Below, piece by piece: positions 13,121-25,473 of a stretch of DNA of 64,000 nucleotides. The notes under the pieces were generated by a model. It was not told the DNA's origin, made no database searches, and worked only from the letters and a program-made list of their open reading frames with translations. The stretch covers positions 110,908 through 174,907 of the forward strand of contig NW_002060984.1 of the NCBI RefSeq assembly GCF_000150275.1, written 5' to 3'. A program made the translations under genes and the position numbers. Positions within the stretch are counted from its first letter, which is position 1. Each line of letters begins with the position of its first letter. This DNA comes from Trichoplax adhaerens (taxonomy: Eukaryota > Animalia > Placozoa).

Positions 13121-14917
13121 CAAAATCTTATATATTACCCCACAAAATGAATTTTAAAATGAATTACTCTTATACGTTAACTGGTTAAGCACTAATCACT
13201 TGAAAAGAGACCTATTTTTCTAGGGGTAGTGGCTTAAGACCGAGCTCGCATACGATTACAATTAAGAGTGGTACTGCGATTGCTTTTAAAGTTGTTAAAG
13301 CTATAAATTATAGTCTATCCACTTGAATGTACTTTTGGTAATGTTAAATGCTCCTTAGTGAGGACAATATTAGGCTTCTTTACATATCAGGATACAGTGC
13401 ATAATATCATTTTATCTAAGAGGAGTCCTGCAGGAACTTGTATCGGCAGAAGAGCATATTTCATCTATTACGTTGAAATGTTTGTGAGATATTTGCTTTC
13501 TTATTGGAATTTGTAGTTTGGTGATCTTCTAATCACGTTTTATTAAAATAATTTGAAATTAAAGCTTAGAATTACTGCTTATAAGAGCTGGGTATACATT
13601 CTACGAGAGTTGCAACATTTGAAATGATCAGTTAGTTTTGTCATTAAATTTAAGGAATCTACATAGGTTTTGTATATTTCCATATTTGTAATTTAGTCAT
13701 GCTGCTCGTGAAATAGTCGCTGATAGAATTGTTACACGCAGATTTCTAATTTAAGCATTAAAGGTGAGAAACTATTGCGTGCTAGAATAATTTATCATTA
13801 TCAGATTTCTTATACTCCAAATCATTCATCTAATTAAATAGTATAACATGAGAATACATCTTACACGTTTATACGTCAACGCTAAGTATAACTCAAACTC
13901 GAGAATTACTATTACCGGTACTTCATATTGAGTAAATCTATGATTTGTTGCTATGACTTTGGTAATACGCATTTCAGTATAAGAAAGAATACCTTACTAG
14001 CACCGACTCAGCAATTTCCAGACATTTCCAGACCCCAACCGTGATTACATAAATGGAGGTGTGCTATTTATAAAATTATTTCCCAAAGCGACAATCTGAA
14101 TTTAGGCAAATAACTGCATCTCAGTTTGTTAACCTAATTGATCGTGAACATAATCTTTTAGTTTCCTTGATTTGTGGTATTGTAAACGAATGATTATTAA
14201 AAGTATTCTTGTCTCTAGTTTAAGACATTATTTGTTGTACTTTTACGCAAGGATAATGAAATTTAATGAAACAGGAATGAAGAATGAAGATTTACTTTAT
14301 TTCATGAATATTTGAATGACGGTATACATAATTGATTTCAGAATGTACTGAAAATATAATAAAATCCTATGACAGTCAAGGACTTAACTTAAATAAATCT
14401 GCGTTATACCCGTAAATAATTTAAATTAGTTAATCACTCTTACTGAAAAGACGTTTAAAACCTAATTTGTAATTGCCATTATTTTTAATGAAAATGTTTC
14501 GAAGATGAAGTAGTCTTGATGAAGCAGACTTCATCGTGATATTTGATCATACGACAATACGCGTATTTGACAAGATCACTATTCGGTCTAATAGCCATTT
14601 TGTAAGCTTTGCTCCATTTAGCAGATATCAATACCTTAGTTGAGGATAATGAGCATACAACAGGTTCTAGTTCTACAATTTCGTCCATTTTATGAGTATC
14701 TTATACATTTAGCTATTGATATTTGATTATAAATTAGCAATAAAATCGCAAGTAATGCTAATGGAAACAAAAATTAAGTTCATAGTATAAAGATGCATAT
14801 GTTGGTACTTCAATTATCTACGGGTTAAAAACATAACGTAGGAATTTAACTTGCTGTATAAGGTGATCTACTAAACACAAACACTAACAGACTATATGTA
14901 CTGTTGCTAGTCTCTAA

Positions 14918-17900
14918 CTAGGACTTTTGCTTATGTTCTTGTTTATCGTCTTCCAATTTTGCAGCACTTTTCCTTTTCAAGTAGCAAAATATAGAAAGTA
15001 GGCAAACAATAACTACAAATGCAACTCCTCCCGTGATTAATCCTGTTATCGTGCGAACTATTAAAATAAATAGATAGGATTAGGTCGTAAGGCAACATAA
15101 GGTTTAGAAATAGTACTATGAATATGATATATAATAAGGCTTTAATTTCAAGATCCAATAGTTATTAAAGACATCAAGTTTAAATTTTAATTGGATAACT
15201 GGCCTGTACTTACAGTCAAAGCTAGGCGGTATTGGACAAATACCTTCTTTCCCTGGGATACATCTAAGGTAAAAATTAATGATTATTATCCTTCGTTAAT
15301 GCTTTTGTTTATAGTTAATGGCAATTTAAATTTTTAACCAAAAAATTTATGCTACGCAATCTTGAAAGATAAAGAAATATACGATATTTATTGTGATTGG
15401 TTAACTAGTTTAACTAAACGTCTAGAAAATATACTATTTGGAATTATTTAGGGCTAGTAAAACATATATCGTTTGGCTGGCAACGATAGCATTAGACAAC
15501 AGCCAAGATAACTGCTGTCTTGAACTATGCACTGTAAAAGAGTAGGTTATAGTGAGGCCCCGATATTAATAAAGAAGATGGCAACGCTAGACCTGTGTAG
15601 ACTAGTGTTACTAAGGATCATCTTATAGTGTTAAGATTATCGCGTACTGTTAGTGGATAATAAAAGAGATATTAACTGTAACCTTAAGTAAGACTACAGC
15701 GCGCCTAGGTAAGCGACAACAGCATGTCTTCGTAACTCATATATGATTGAGTCAGAGTGAGGAATGGCAATCATACCTTGTTACGAGTCTTAAACTTGCA
15801 GGAGCCAAACTAAATATTGAGTAGAATAAGTAAAACTATAGGTTGAAATAACTTGGATTTAACTTGAATTGACTAAGCTGGATGATTTGACAAACATGTT
15901 TGTCAACATGCCTGCAGAAAATATATAAAAGGATGACTCCCTTTAAGAGGAGTTCAATCGATAGCCTCTGAGCTAGTTGTTTGTAGATACGTGATTTGAA
16001 GTTTTACGAACGTAATATCCACAGTAATTTTATGCTTTGAACTATTTATAACCAATACACTGTGATAATAACTACTGGGTGGCTAGTTAAAGTATGGCTA
16101 AAGGTAGCACATTTATTACAGTTGCCTTTGTGTTTATAAAGTGGATAAACTGCGTCTAAAATTATAAAGTTTGATAGAGTGATCATACCGGCCATTAATC
16201 TTTAATTTGGCTATTTAATTAGTTAACGAAAGGTAATGTACTTGGATAGTTTATCAAAAATTAGCAGATATTTTAAATAAATTAACTAAGAGCATTTATA
16301 AATACTTTGTCCTTAATTAGATAGGGATGCAAATATTGCCACTAATAAAATTGTAGCTATGGCATAGCTCGTAGGATTTTACAGATAAAAATCTTGTAAA
16401 AACTTTATATGGTATGACAAATCAAGGATACACTTTATCTTTAATCAGCAATAGCAAAATTGTACTGAAATTTCAGAAATAAATTTTAAATGTTTAAAGA
16501 TCCTTAACATCAGGTATTTAATAGTTCCAGTTTCAACATACCTGCATATAGCCCGATCGTCATTAGTGACAACACAAACCGTTGTATTTGAGCAATTTGC
16601 ATTACATTCTATCAAATAGAAAAAATTGAATAAAGCAAATATCCTATCATTAACATTTTATTACAAAATTGGAACTTTTTGCTTACCGCTATATTTTTAA
16701 ACATTCATTCAACTAAAAACTGAAATGACTATTATAGATGAAATAAGCTATTTGATATATTCTCGCAGCCACCTTAAGACAAAAGTACTAAACTTACCAG
16801 TACAATTCTTATGATATGATATGCCGGTAGTTTCCTGATCACATCTACATCTAAAGTCACCATCAGTATTGATACAGATTTGGTGCTGTAGAGTGCACAC
16901 TGATTGGGAGCTATTGCATTCGTTAATGTCTAAATAATTGTAAAGTGAAAAATTTTACATGTTGAACTAATGTAATGAAAATGATATATAATTATTGGTA
17001 TCGCAATGTTCAATTAAATTTTTAAATAGTCAACTTATTTTAAGTCTCTCATAATTAATTGTCGAGAATCTGTATCAGCTTATTAAATGAAATACAAACA
17101 TTAATTATTTGTTACCAGTGGTAATAATTCATTTGTTAAATTATCATAACCTTAAAATTGTTAAAAATTAAGTTAAAGAAAAATTAATCAAGTATAATAA
17201 CTGCATCATAATAAAAGGAAACTGCTCTTGGAGCCATACTAAACTTACCTATAATTCTGTTTGTTTAGTGTAATTAAGAATGATTTTGAAGAATTGATTC
17301 TTGTTGCAGTTTGCTACGCACACTCTACTCAATAACTACCGTACACTAATTTTTAATGGTAAGGTTACATTCGATACTTATATGGCTCTTTAAATTAATT
17401 GCTTCAAAGTAATTTAATACTAGTATTACGTAAGATTGAACAAGGTACATTCGAGTAAATGTCCAATTTTTCGGTTACTTCTTTGTTGAGTTCAACTTTA
17501 CATTACCTTTCCAATATCAGTTTTAGGATAGTAAATTACAAATTTCATATACTAAAGAAATCCTACATAGTAGCAGTAGTTATTTAGCAATTTGAATTTT
17601 ATTTCAGTTTATGTTAGCTATTTCACTTTTAGTTGTAAAAATTGATTCAAAAGCAATAGCTTGAATTTTGAATGTAACAATGTTAGCCTCCACTAAGGCA
17701 TAAATATTTTGCGATAGAATCTAGTATTTTGATAATCATGTAGGAGTACTGTATTCTGAAGAGTAATTTAATAAATATCTTAAATGACTGTTACAGTGTT
17801 ATATACTGTATTAGAGTAGAAATATCTATGTTAGGATAATCCTGTTAGCCTATCCTTATTTAGTTAACTTCTAATTTGGATATACTGAGTTTTAATATAG

Positions 17901-20900
17901 CACTGACTTTTTATGACAGTGAAACATATACACATACTGAATTAATAGTTATAATAGGGAATGTAAATCATCTACTTACAGTTCGAATTATTGTGATTGT
18001 AATTTACTTATGGTAGACTGTAAATTATCATGGAAATGTTCCATAATAGGACATATCGTAATCTGACTGTTCTGTATTAGTCATTACATGTCTATTTTCG
18101 TAAATACTGTTGTCTGTATTAAGGGAGCAGTAGCTATAATTAATATCTAATTCAGTGAATTATTCCAAAGTTAATCGTACTAACTATGACTCATGAGCTA
18201 TTAAGGAATAGTATATAAATGCAGTATATCGTGAAATAAAGAGAATTCTCCAACTTAGTGTTTAACATAAAATACGAGGCGTTTAAGTCTTTGTGTAGTC
18301 TGCTATTAGAGTAAAAGTGTTTGTGATAGTGCAGATATCGTTCCTTGATAAGTGATTCAAGGAATTGACTTATTGATCGTACATTACGTTATCTTGTTGC
18401 AAAGCTGTTTTGTGACAATGACTCAGCTTAAAATTACTACTAAGCCAATAATTATTTATAATTATATATTAAAGCTCAAATATTAGAAATATCTTCGTGG
18501 ATGATAACCAAGTTATTAATCTAAGATTCTAAAACTGGTGGAAAGTGGTTATCGTGTCATGAAAAATTTAAAATTATTCTAGTGAAGATTCGTAAATTTC
18601 TTCCAATTTTATAAAATATATTAATTTATATTGCAAAAACTATAAATGACGACCACAATAATTTAATGTCCATACAAGATGTTTGTTAAATATCTAATAA
18701 GTTAAATTAAATTATCGAACACTTTTTCATAATGAAGAAAAATAGCTTTAGTTTGAGGAATCTAAAACAAACCTTCACATTTTATTCCATCACCGTAGTA
18801 GCCATTTGCACATCGACATTGATAATATATTGTGTCATTCAAGATAGAACGTACACAGGTAGCACGGAGATCACAGTCTAATCCTTCCTGATTGCATAGA
18901 TTTTCATTTACGATCGTTGTACCTGGTATAAAATTTAATTAAGAGAATAAAGGATACTTCATTTTTAGCTAAACAAGCATATATTACGAATATAATATTT
19001 CTTAGAATAAGATTTCTTCTTGAATAATTAAGCTTAGCTATTTATATCATCGCCATTAACGTTATTTTGCGATAGTAATTTTTAATCTTAAAGATCTATA
19101 GAATTTATAATGGTCTTGATTTTATTACTCTATTCAATAAATTTTGGTAGATTAGGCAGATAGCTTTAGATTTCTGATTACAAGCCAGGAATAGCCCTAA
19201 CCTGGAACAAGGATTGGGAGAGTGTTTTCTATCCTTTACTACTGTTATTTGGAATACCAGACAATTGGTATTCCAAGGTAGATAAGATTTAACACAGGAA
19301 GACCTACAAGACTTACTAGAAAATCGTAATCTAATTTATTGTTAGCGGACCAGCCGTTTATATAGGTTTCGAACCTAACACTGGCTTAGCTACACAAGTC
19401 ACCTCGTCTATTAGAAAGTAACCTAATTAATACCCTAAAGAGATTCTATCTGTAAAGATTAGATACAGTCTAATCTTATTAAATTTACTGTAATAGTATT
19501 AAAAAAACAATGCTTATTAATAGTTTAACAGATACATATAAAGCTATCCTGCTAAGATATTTCCTCTAAACTTAGGAATTGTATTTTGTACCTTAACAAC
19601 CTTGGAGTTGATAAATATAATCTAGTTTAGCTGGTTGGCAATTACTATTTTAGTCTATGTAATCCTAAATTAAGAATATCAGCTACTAACTACTAAAATT
19701 ACAATAAAGGAAACCGTAAAAAATTTCTGAGATATAAACATATATCGAACGTAACATATAAAAAAAATATACTTCGCAAAGATTACTTTCGTGATATTTG
19801 TGTACAGCCATATATTTTATGATGGCATTTTGTGTATATGTAGAATAATATTTCGAGATTAAATACAACTTTAACACTAATTTATTACAGTCAAATCCGT
19901 TAAAGATCTGCGTAATACAAATTAGCCTAAATGAAAATAGATAAAATCCACCAATTGTATTTTTACTTGATGATGACAAACTGCTACGTAAGTAAATTAA
20001 ATTACTCGATACTATTACTGAATTATAGATTAATTGAGTATAAGAAATTAGATTAAATTGATTTTCATCAATTTTCACTGTGGTAATTTTGTAATTTTAA
20101 CAGATGAATACTATTGTATAACTTACTCGTTATTCCTTGACACATTCCGAAAATATTTACAGGTCAGATTAGCTTAATTAAATGGATGTAATCCTAAACC
20201 TGCGATCAATAAGGAGCACAATCGTTTCTTTGACTATCTTGTAGAGTAAACTAAACGAAATTTTTAATTGCTGAGATGTTTTTCAAGGTTTCATATTATT
20301 TAAGATAACTTGACATACAGTATTTAAGTGACTACCAGACATTGACAAAAGGATGGCAGGTCTAGGAAACGAAGGCAAGATCAGCCATAACAGTTTTTAT
20401 GTTTCCGTTTACAGTAAAAACTATGATATAATGCTTCATGGTATTTCAAATTTAACTTAATTTATGATTAATTTAATATTATTAACCACATTTTGGTAGA
20501 TCATTCATGATATGGTTTACAAACCCATATTTATTACAAATATAATATTATGTCTATATGTAAACCTATAGATAGCTATTGAATAATTTTAAACTTCTAC
20601 TTACGCCGTTCTTGAGGATAGGAGTGAAGGACATGCTAATATATAAGAAATGGGAAAAATTAGACGTGGTAACGTTATTAACATATAGTGTAATAGCCAC
20701 GAAATTTATTACCAAGTATTAGATTTAATTCTATTGGCACTAACTGACTTAGAGTGAAGATTATCGGTTAATTAATTAATTTAAATATATCGCGGGAGTA
20801 TAAATACGGAAACAATGCATTTCATTAGCTATAGAGTAGAAGATAGTTCAGTGCGCATAGATGGGACAAACGGTTGAAGAAAAATAGTTATAAATGATAG

Positions 20901-21305
20901 TGAAGTTCAACCTCAGAATTTAAATTAGAATGACTGTTTCTCTATGATCAATTAAACGCTAATTGCGGAATGGTGAATCTTAATTTATTTCATATTACTA
21001 TAACCAAAATCTTTCTATAATAAGGTATCCAATGTCTTTTACTTAACGAATATTAGCAGCATAAGTAAGTCGTTTAGACTTTTACTCAATTATGCGATTA
21101 TTTTTTAGACTACGATAAGAAAATTTTTCAGTGAAACTGGAAAAAAACTGTCGTACGCTGCCGAAGCTTATCATTAAATAGTAGCAATCAGTTGCTTGAT
21201 GATTAAAATAGTACAATAATTTGAAATTACCTGCTGAAATAGAAATAGTAAATAGAATGCCACGGCTACCTTTGCGAAGATAGGAAACTTGCAATGATGT
21301 ACCAT
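14918..21305 (-). CDS. EGF-domain single-pass membrane protein, paralog B (7 exons, ~214 aa): SP, EGF, cbEGF, EGF, TM
   Basis: Exons 21305-21231 (MVHHCKFPIFAKVAVAFYLLFLFQQ), 20635-20605 (HVLHSYPQER), 18922-18773 (...CRCANGYYGDGIKCE), 16929-16798 (DINEC...CINTDGDFRCRC), 16608-16542 (CNANCSNTTVCVVTNDDRAIC), 15263-15214 (CIPGKEGICPIPPSFD) and 15057-14918 (TM ITGLITGGVAFVVIVCLLSIFCYL, KRK, stop). GT-AG introns with the same phases as paralog A; 645 nt in frame. Confidence 0.85.
17789..18417. mobile_element. Solo-LTR-like element (629 bp), family B, in an intron of paralog B
   Basis: Termini TGTTACA...TGTGACA with a perfect 5-bp TSD ATGAC (17784-17788 and 18418-18422). Inverted copies lie at 3337-3615 and 25895-26419. 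Confidence 0.85.
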
Positions 21306-22915
21306 GATATTAAAATACTTGATAAACGGGGCTATGGATTAACAATTTCAAGCGAGATAAACCCTTTATAGTAAAATACTCTTTCGATCAATTTACCAAT
21401 CACACGATAAAATATACCCTTATTATCTTTTGTTCCGTCGATTAGTGAAAACTATTCTGTAGGGCACCAGCTGACATTTATAATTCGATTGTGATACTGC
21501 ACTTAAATGTCAGTTCTTCATATACTAGGCAGTTTCTTTTGATGAGCTGCACATTACAATATTCAGTTCATCTGTCAATAATTTACCAGAATAAGACATC
21601 ATTTGGCCGCAGATTAGCATAATAGGGGTCATTAAGCGAGGGAAGCAAGTCATTTCATGGTCTTTAGATATAATTTTTATTAGGAAATGATAAACCATCG
21701 TTCTCATCACATCATACAAATGCAGGTATTATAATAACCGTAGGTAAAGAGTAAGCGACATGTATTTTCGCCGTTATTTTATGGAGATTTTTACTAGCAT
21801 AATGGAGAACTATAATTTAGAGTACTGTAAGACACTGTATCTCTATTAGAATTACTTTTAAAGCAGTAGAATTTTTATGGTAGATAGTTTAAAAAAGGCA
21901 CTCAAAATTTCTTTACTAGACCGTAATTCCGGCTACGCTGAAATATAAGGAAACGCTATAAAATGCGCTTTAGACAGATCGTATCTTTGTATGTTTTCAT
22001 GGTCTAATATAAGCTGAGAATTCATAGTTTATTTAATTTAAATTAGGTCGAAATATCGCAGTTTTTATTAAAAATAGTTCATATTTTTGCTTTTAACTAA
22101 GCTAGCCACTATGCTTTATAGTATGGTTTTCAAATCCGTAATTTTGCATATAAGTTTCAAGGCTATATCAAGAGTGGTATAGTTATCAATTGAGGCAAGC
22201 TATCATTGAACGATCGCCTGCATCCTTATTTTAAATGCTATATCAAGTGAATCTCTTTCCAATAAAATTCAAACTCATTCCTATTCTGACAAAAAACAGA
22301 TAAAAATAATCTCCTGATAACCCTACTAAAGATCAAGCGCTGAATTGAGCATAATTGTTTGTATCTACGATATAAGCAATAAAAAGACGTTAAGTAAGGG
22401 TAGATAAGTTCCAAGACAAATATTGACAAACAAGGTAACATGTTAAAAATATATTAATATAATACAATAGCTGAAATCTTATATAATAATAAAAAATGTC
22501 ATTTGACAAATACTGTATCCGAACTTTAATCTGTATTATTTTTCCACGTGATGTGGTCAAGTGCTATTGCACACTAGCGCTTTACATTTATTCTCGGTGA
22601 GATTTTACTACCATTATATCCAATTTTATGCTAATAGTCGCAATTAAAGCCTTTATTACATTAGCTTATAGCTGAATGGCTTGAAGTTGATTAAGATCTT
22701 GCCCAGCAATGTAATTGTTGCTATCAATGATCTTTTCGTTTAAACTTATGCTACCTTGGTAGATCGCCATTAGAGCATGTCACAGTACGTAATTCCCAAA
22801 ATGAATTGATTCTTTCGGAACCTTAATATAGCAAACTTAATTCCCGTTGTTATTTACTGAGAACAGTCAGCTAAGCCTTGAGATGAGCTAATCAGAACTT
22901 AAAAACTAATCTGAT

Positions 22916-23465
22916 TGTGATATATACCAATCACGAAATTCCAAATTTTAGAACAATAAGGGCTTTATTCAATCTTATACAAAGATTAACTACACAGCTC
23001 TACTCTAGCCGAATACTACTTCTAAAGACTTCTAGAAAGAACTAACAGAATAATCTAAAGTTGCATGCTTTTATACTTTCCGTAGCATTCGCAGCTACAA
23101 TCCGCATGGCAACCTTTTACCTTATTTTACACATAGTTAAATTATTCTTAGTAAGACTATTCTACTGCGGACCATCATTAATCCAATATGGATACGACTA
23201 CAGTGCTTACGTAGACATTATTCACACCAACCAAGGTACAATGAATTAATCATATCCTAATATATGATTTACAGTTCTATTTTTACCTACAGCCATATTA
23301 GTAACTCAACAGCTTACTGCATATAGTCATCTGTACTCTAGTATAGAGTCTCTACCACTACAGTCTATAGTTACAGCTACCAAATATCTCTTAGGATAAA
23401 TATCTACCGTACATTATACTACACATGGCTAACAGTCTACAATCACAATACTAAGTTACATTACA
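22916..23465. mobile_element. Solo-LTR-like element (550 bp), family A
   Basis: Termini TGTGATA...ATTACA with a perfect TSD CTGAT (22911-22915 and 23466-23470). Homologous to 524-1057 and, inverted, to 32728-32940. Confidence 0.8.
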
Positions 23466-25473
23466 CTGATATAATACCAATAAGAAATATATAAAAATTT
23501 GTGATCTGATGGTCTTTTTTTATTGCTTTTTATTTCTGTTATGTATTAATTATAATTATAATAATTTTTTATATTCTATTATTTTGCGTTCGTTCAGCGT
23601 TACCCTATCTTTTGCCTTTGTTTCATGGAATGAATACCTATCACAATATTATTTAGTATTCATTATAAATATCTTAAAATATAATCTAATTGATTATTAA
23701 TGAGGTAATTAAGTGATGGAGGCCGTGATAAAGAAGCATAAAGAGTACTTCAAAAGCTTCAAATCTCTACTATGTACCTAGTTTTCAGCTTTAAGAACCG
23801 TTATTGACCAACAGTCTTAAAAGCAAACAAATCAGTGTAATTATGCAATAGTTACTTTATCCAGCAAAATCGATATTTCCGAGTGCAGAAAATTTTAATT
23901 ATGTTTCATAAACTGATTTATTGCTAGAAGTCTGACGTAAGATATTTATTTAACAAAAAGCTTACTACAAAGCAAGACTGTTCATTAGCTTCCGCTTACT
24001 GTGAAGACTTATTTCCTGCATCTTTACCAGTCGCAATAATATTTTGAAAAAATATTCGTAAATAATATTGATTCCTCTTAGATACTCTTGATAGTAGGCA
24101 CAATAATCACGATGAAAATTAGCTATTAAGGTATTTGTTAATGATTTGCGAGCCTCGATAAGTTAGCCATATTAAGAATGAAGAACTTAATAGCTAAATG
24201 AGACTCTTTTCATAGTTACTGTACTCGTTTATTACACAGCCGTGCATCTTGTTATTTATAGACCAGTCTGGGCATCGAAATCAATATCTTGCTCGAGAAA
24301 TACCAAATTTTAGAGGTTATACTTGATTATGTAGTTATCACTATATATTACTTTGCTATAGCAAGTTTAACTCAAGTCAAAAAAGGAGGAATATACAGTA
24401 GGCAACTGCTACAGGATCATATCGACTATTTATGCCTGCTCTATTTTATCACTTTATCTCCTTAAAAGTATCGAAAGCACGAGTTTTTACAGGATGAGTT
24501 AACCATAATGTCACTGTTATGATCTCAGTTAGTTACAGTAGCGCAGTATGTGGCCAATAGAATAAAACGGCGCACATATACTGCTTCTAGTATGAGATGA
24601 GGATTCTTCAGTCAAGATAGTATCTGATAGCCAAATATTCGTGTATCACATTAGAGAATTACTCAGTTTTGTTAGCTAAAATTTGGGGATACGTAAGTAA
24701 ACCTACAGTAATAGTGGGAGACTATTGCATACTCGTTACAGCCTTGAATGCTGTATCCATCTTGTAAGCTGTCGTAATCTGTATGCTGTAATAATTTAAC
24801 AGCTTCATAAAATCAAATCTTGCGTTTTAAACTATTTAATCTCAATATTTCATGAGATATATCATCAATGACTTGGTTCATATATGAACCAATATCCTTA
24901 ATCGAAGTATTTATAATACTTTAAGTTGTTTTATCGTTTTATTTTCCATATGTTATCAGAGTCTTTCAATAAGACGAAATAACATTGAGGCTGTAGCTAC
25001 AGATATAGCCTGATGGAAATGTGGAGTTACAACAAGTTTTTACATCTTTGTGATTAATTACCAGTAAATATGCTTTATTCGTAGGTGACAATAATGTAAA
25101 TCGAATAAAATCTAGATGATCTAATCTAATAATTGAAATTTGCGTATTATTTTGCAATTTAAAAATTTTATGATCAATAACTTGATATAAGTACTGAATC
25201 TTTATAATAATATATATGTCACTATATATATATAATAGAATTAGTAGCAACACACTCTTCATAATTCTCACTAATGTAAGAGAAAGATGCTGCATCTATA
25301 TGAAACATAACAAATAGGAATTTCAGAACGAAGTATCTTAATTATAATACCTAATTACAAATTGAACTTGCTCTGGGCTCTATAGTGGCGCCTGGATATA
25401 AGATATCCATGATATAAATTATGATTATTCATCTAGATAATTACTGTCATACGTGGTTATGATAAAAAAACAA

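Noticed and set aside
15244-15263. Shorter 20-nt version of exon 6 of paralog B
   Set aside because: Its donor is weaker (gtattt). Extending to 15214 uses gtaagt and restores Cys6.
16687-16712. 26-nt segment with good acceptor and donor signals inside paralog B
   Set aside because: It introduces a stop and a frameshift in the required phase, and the flanking exons join in frame without it.
19686-20078. 130-aa minus-strand ORF
   Set aside because: It lies in an intron of paralog B, has a non-ATG start and an I/Y/F/N-biased composition typical of chance ORFs in AT-rich DNA.
24966-25295. 109-aa hydrophobic ORF downstream of paralog C
   Set aside because: Low-complexity AT-rich translation with no motif; paralog C already terminates at 25474.
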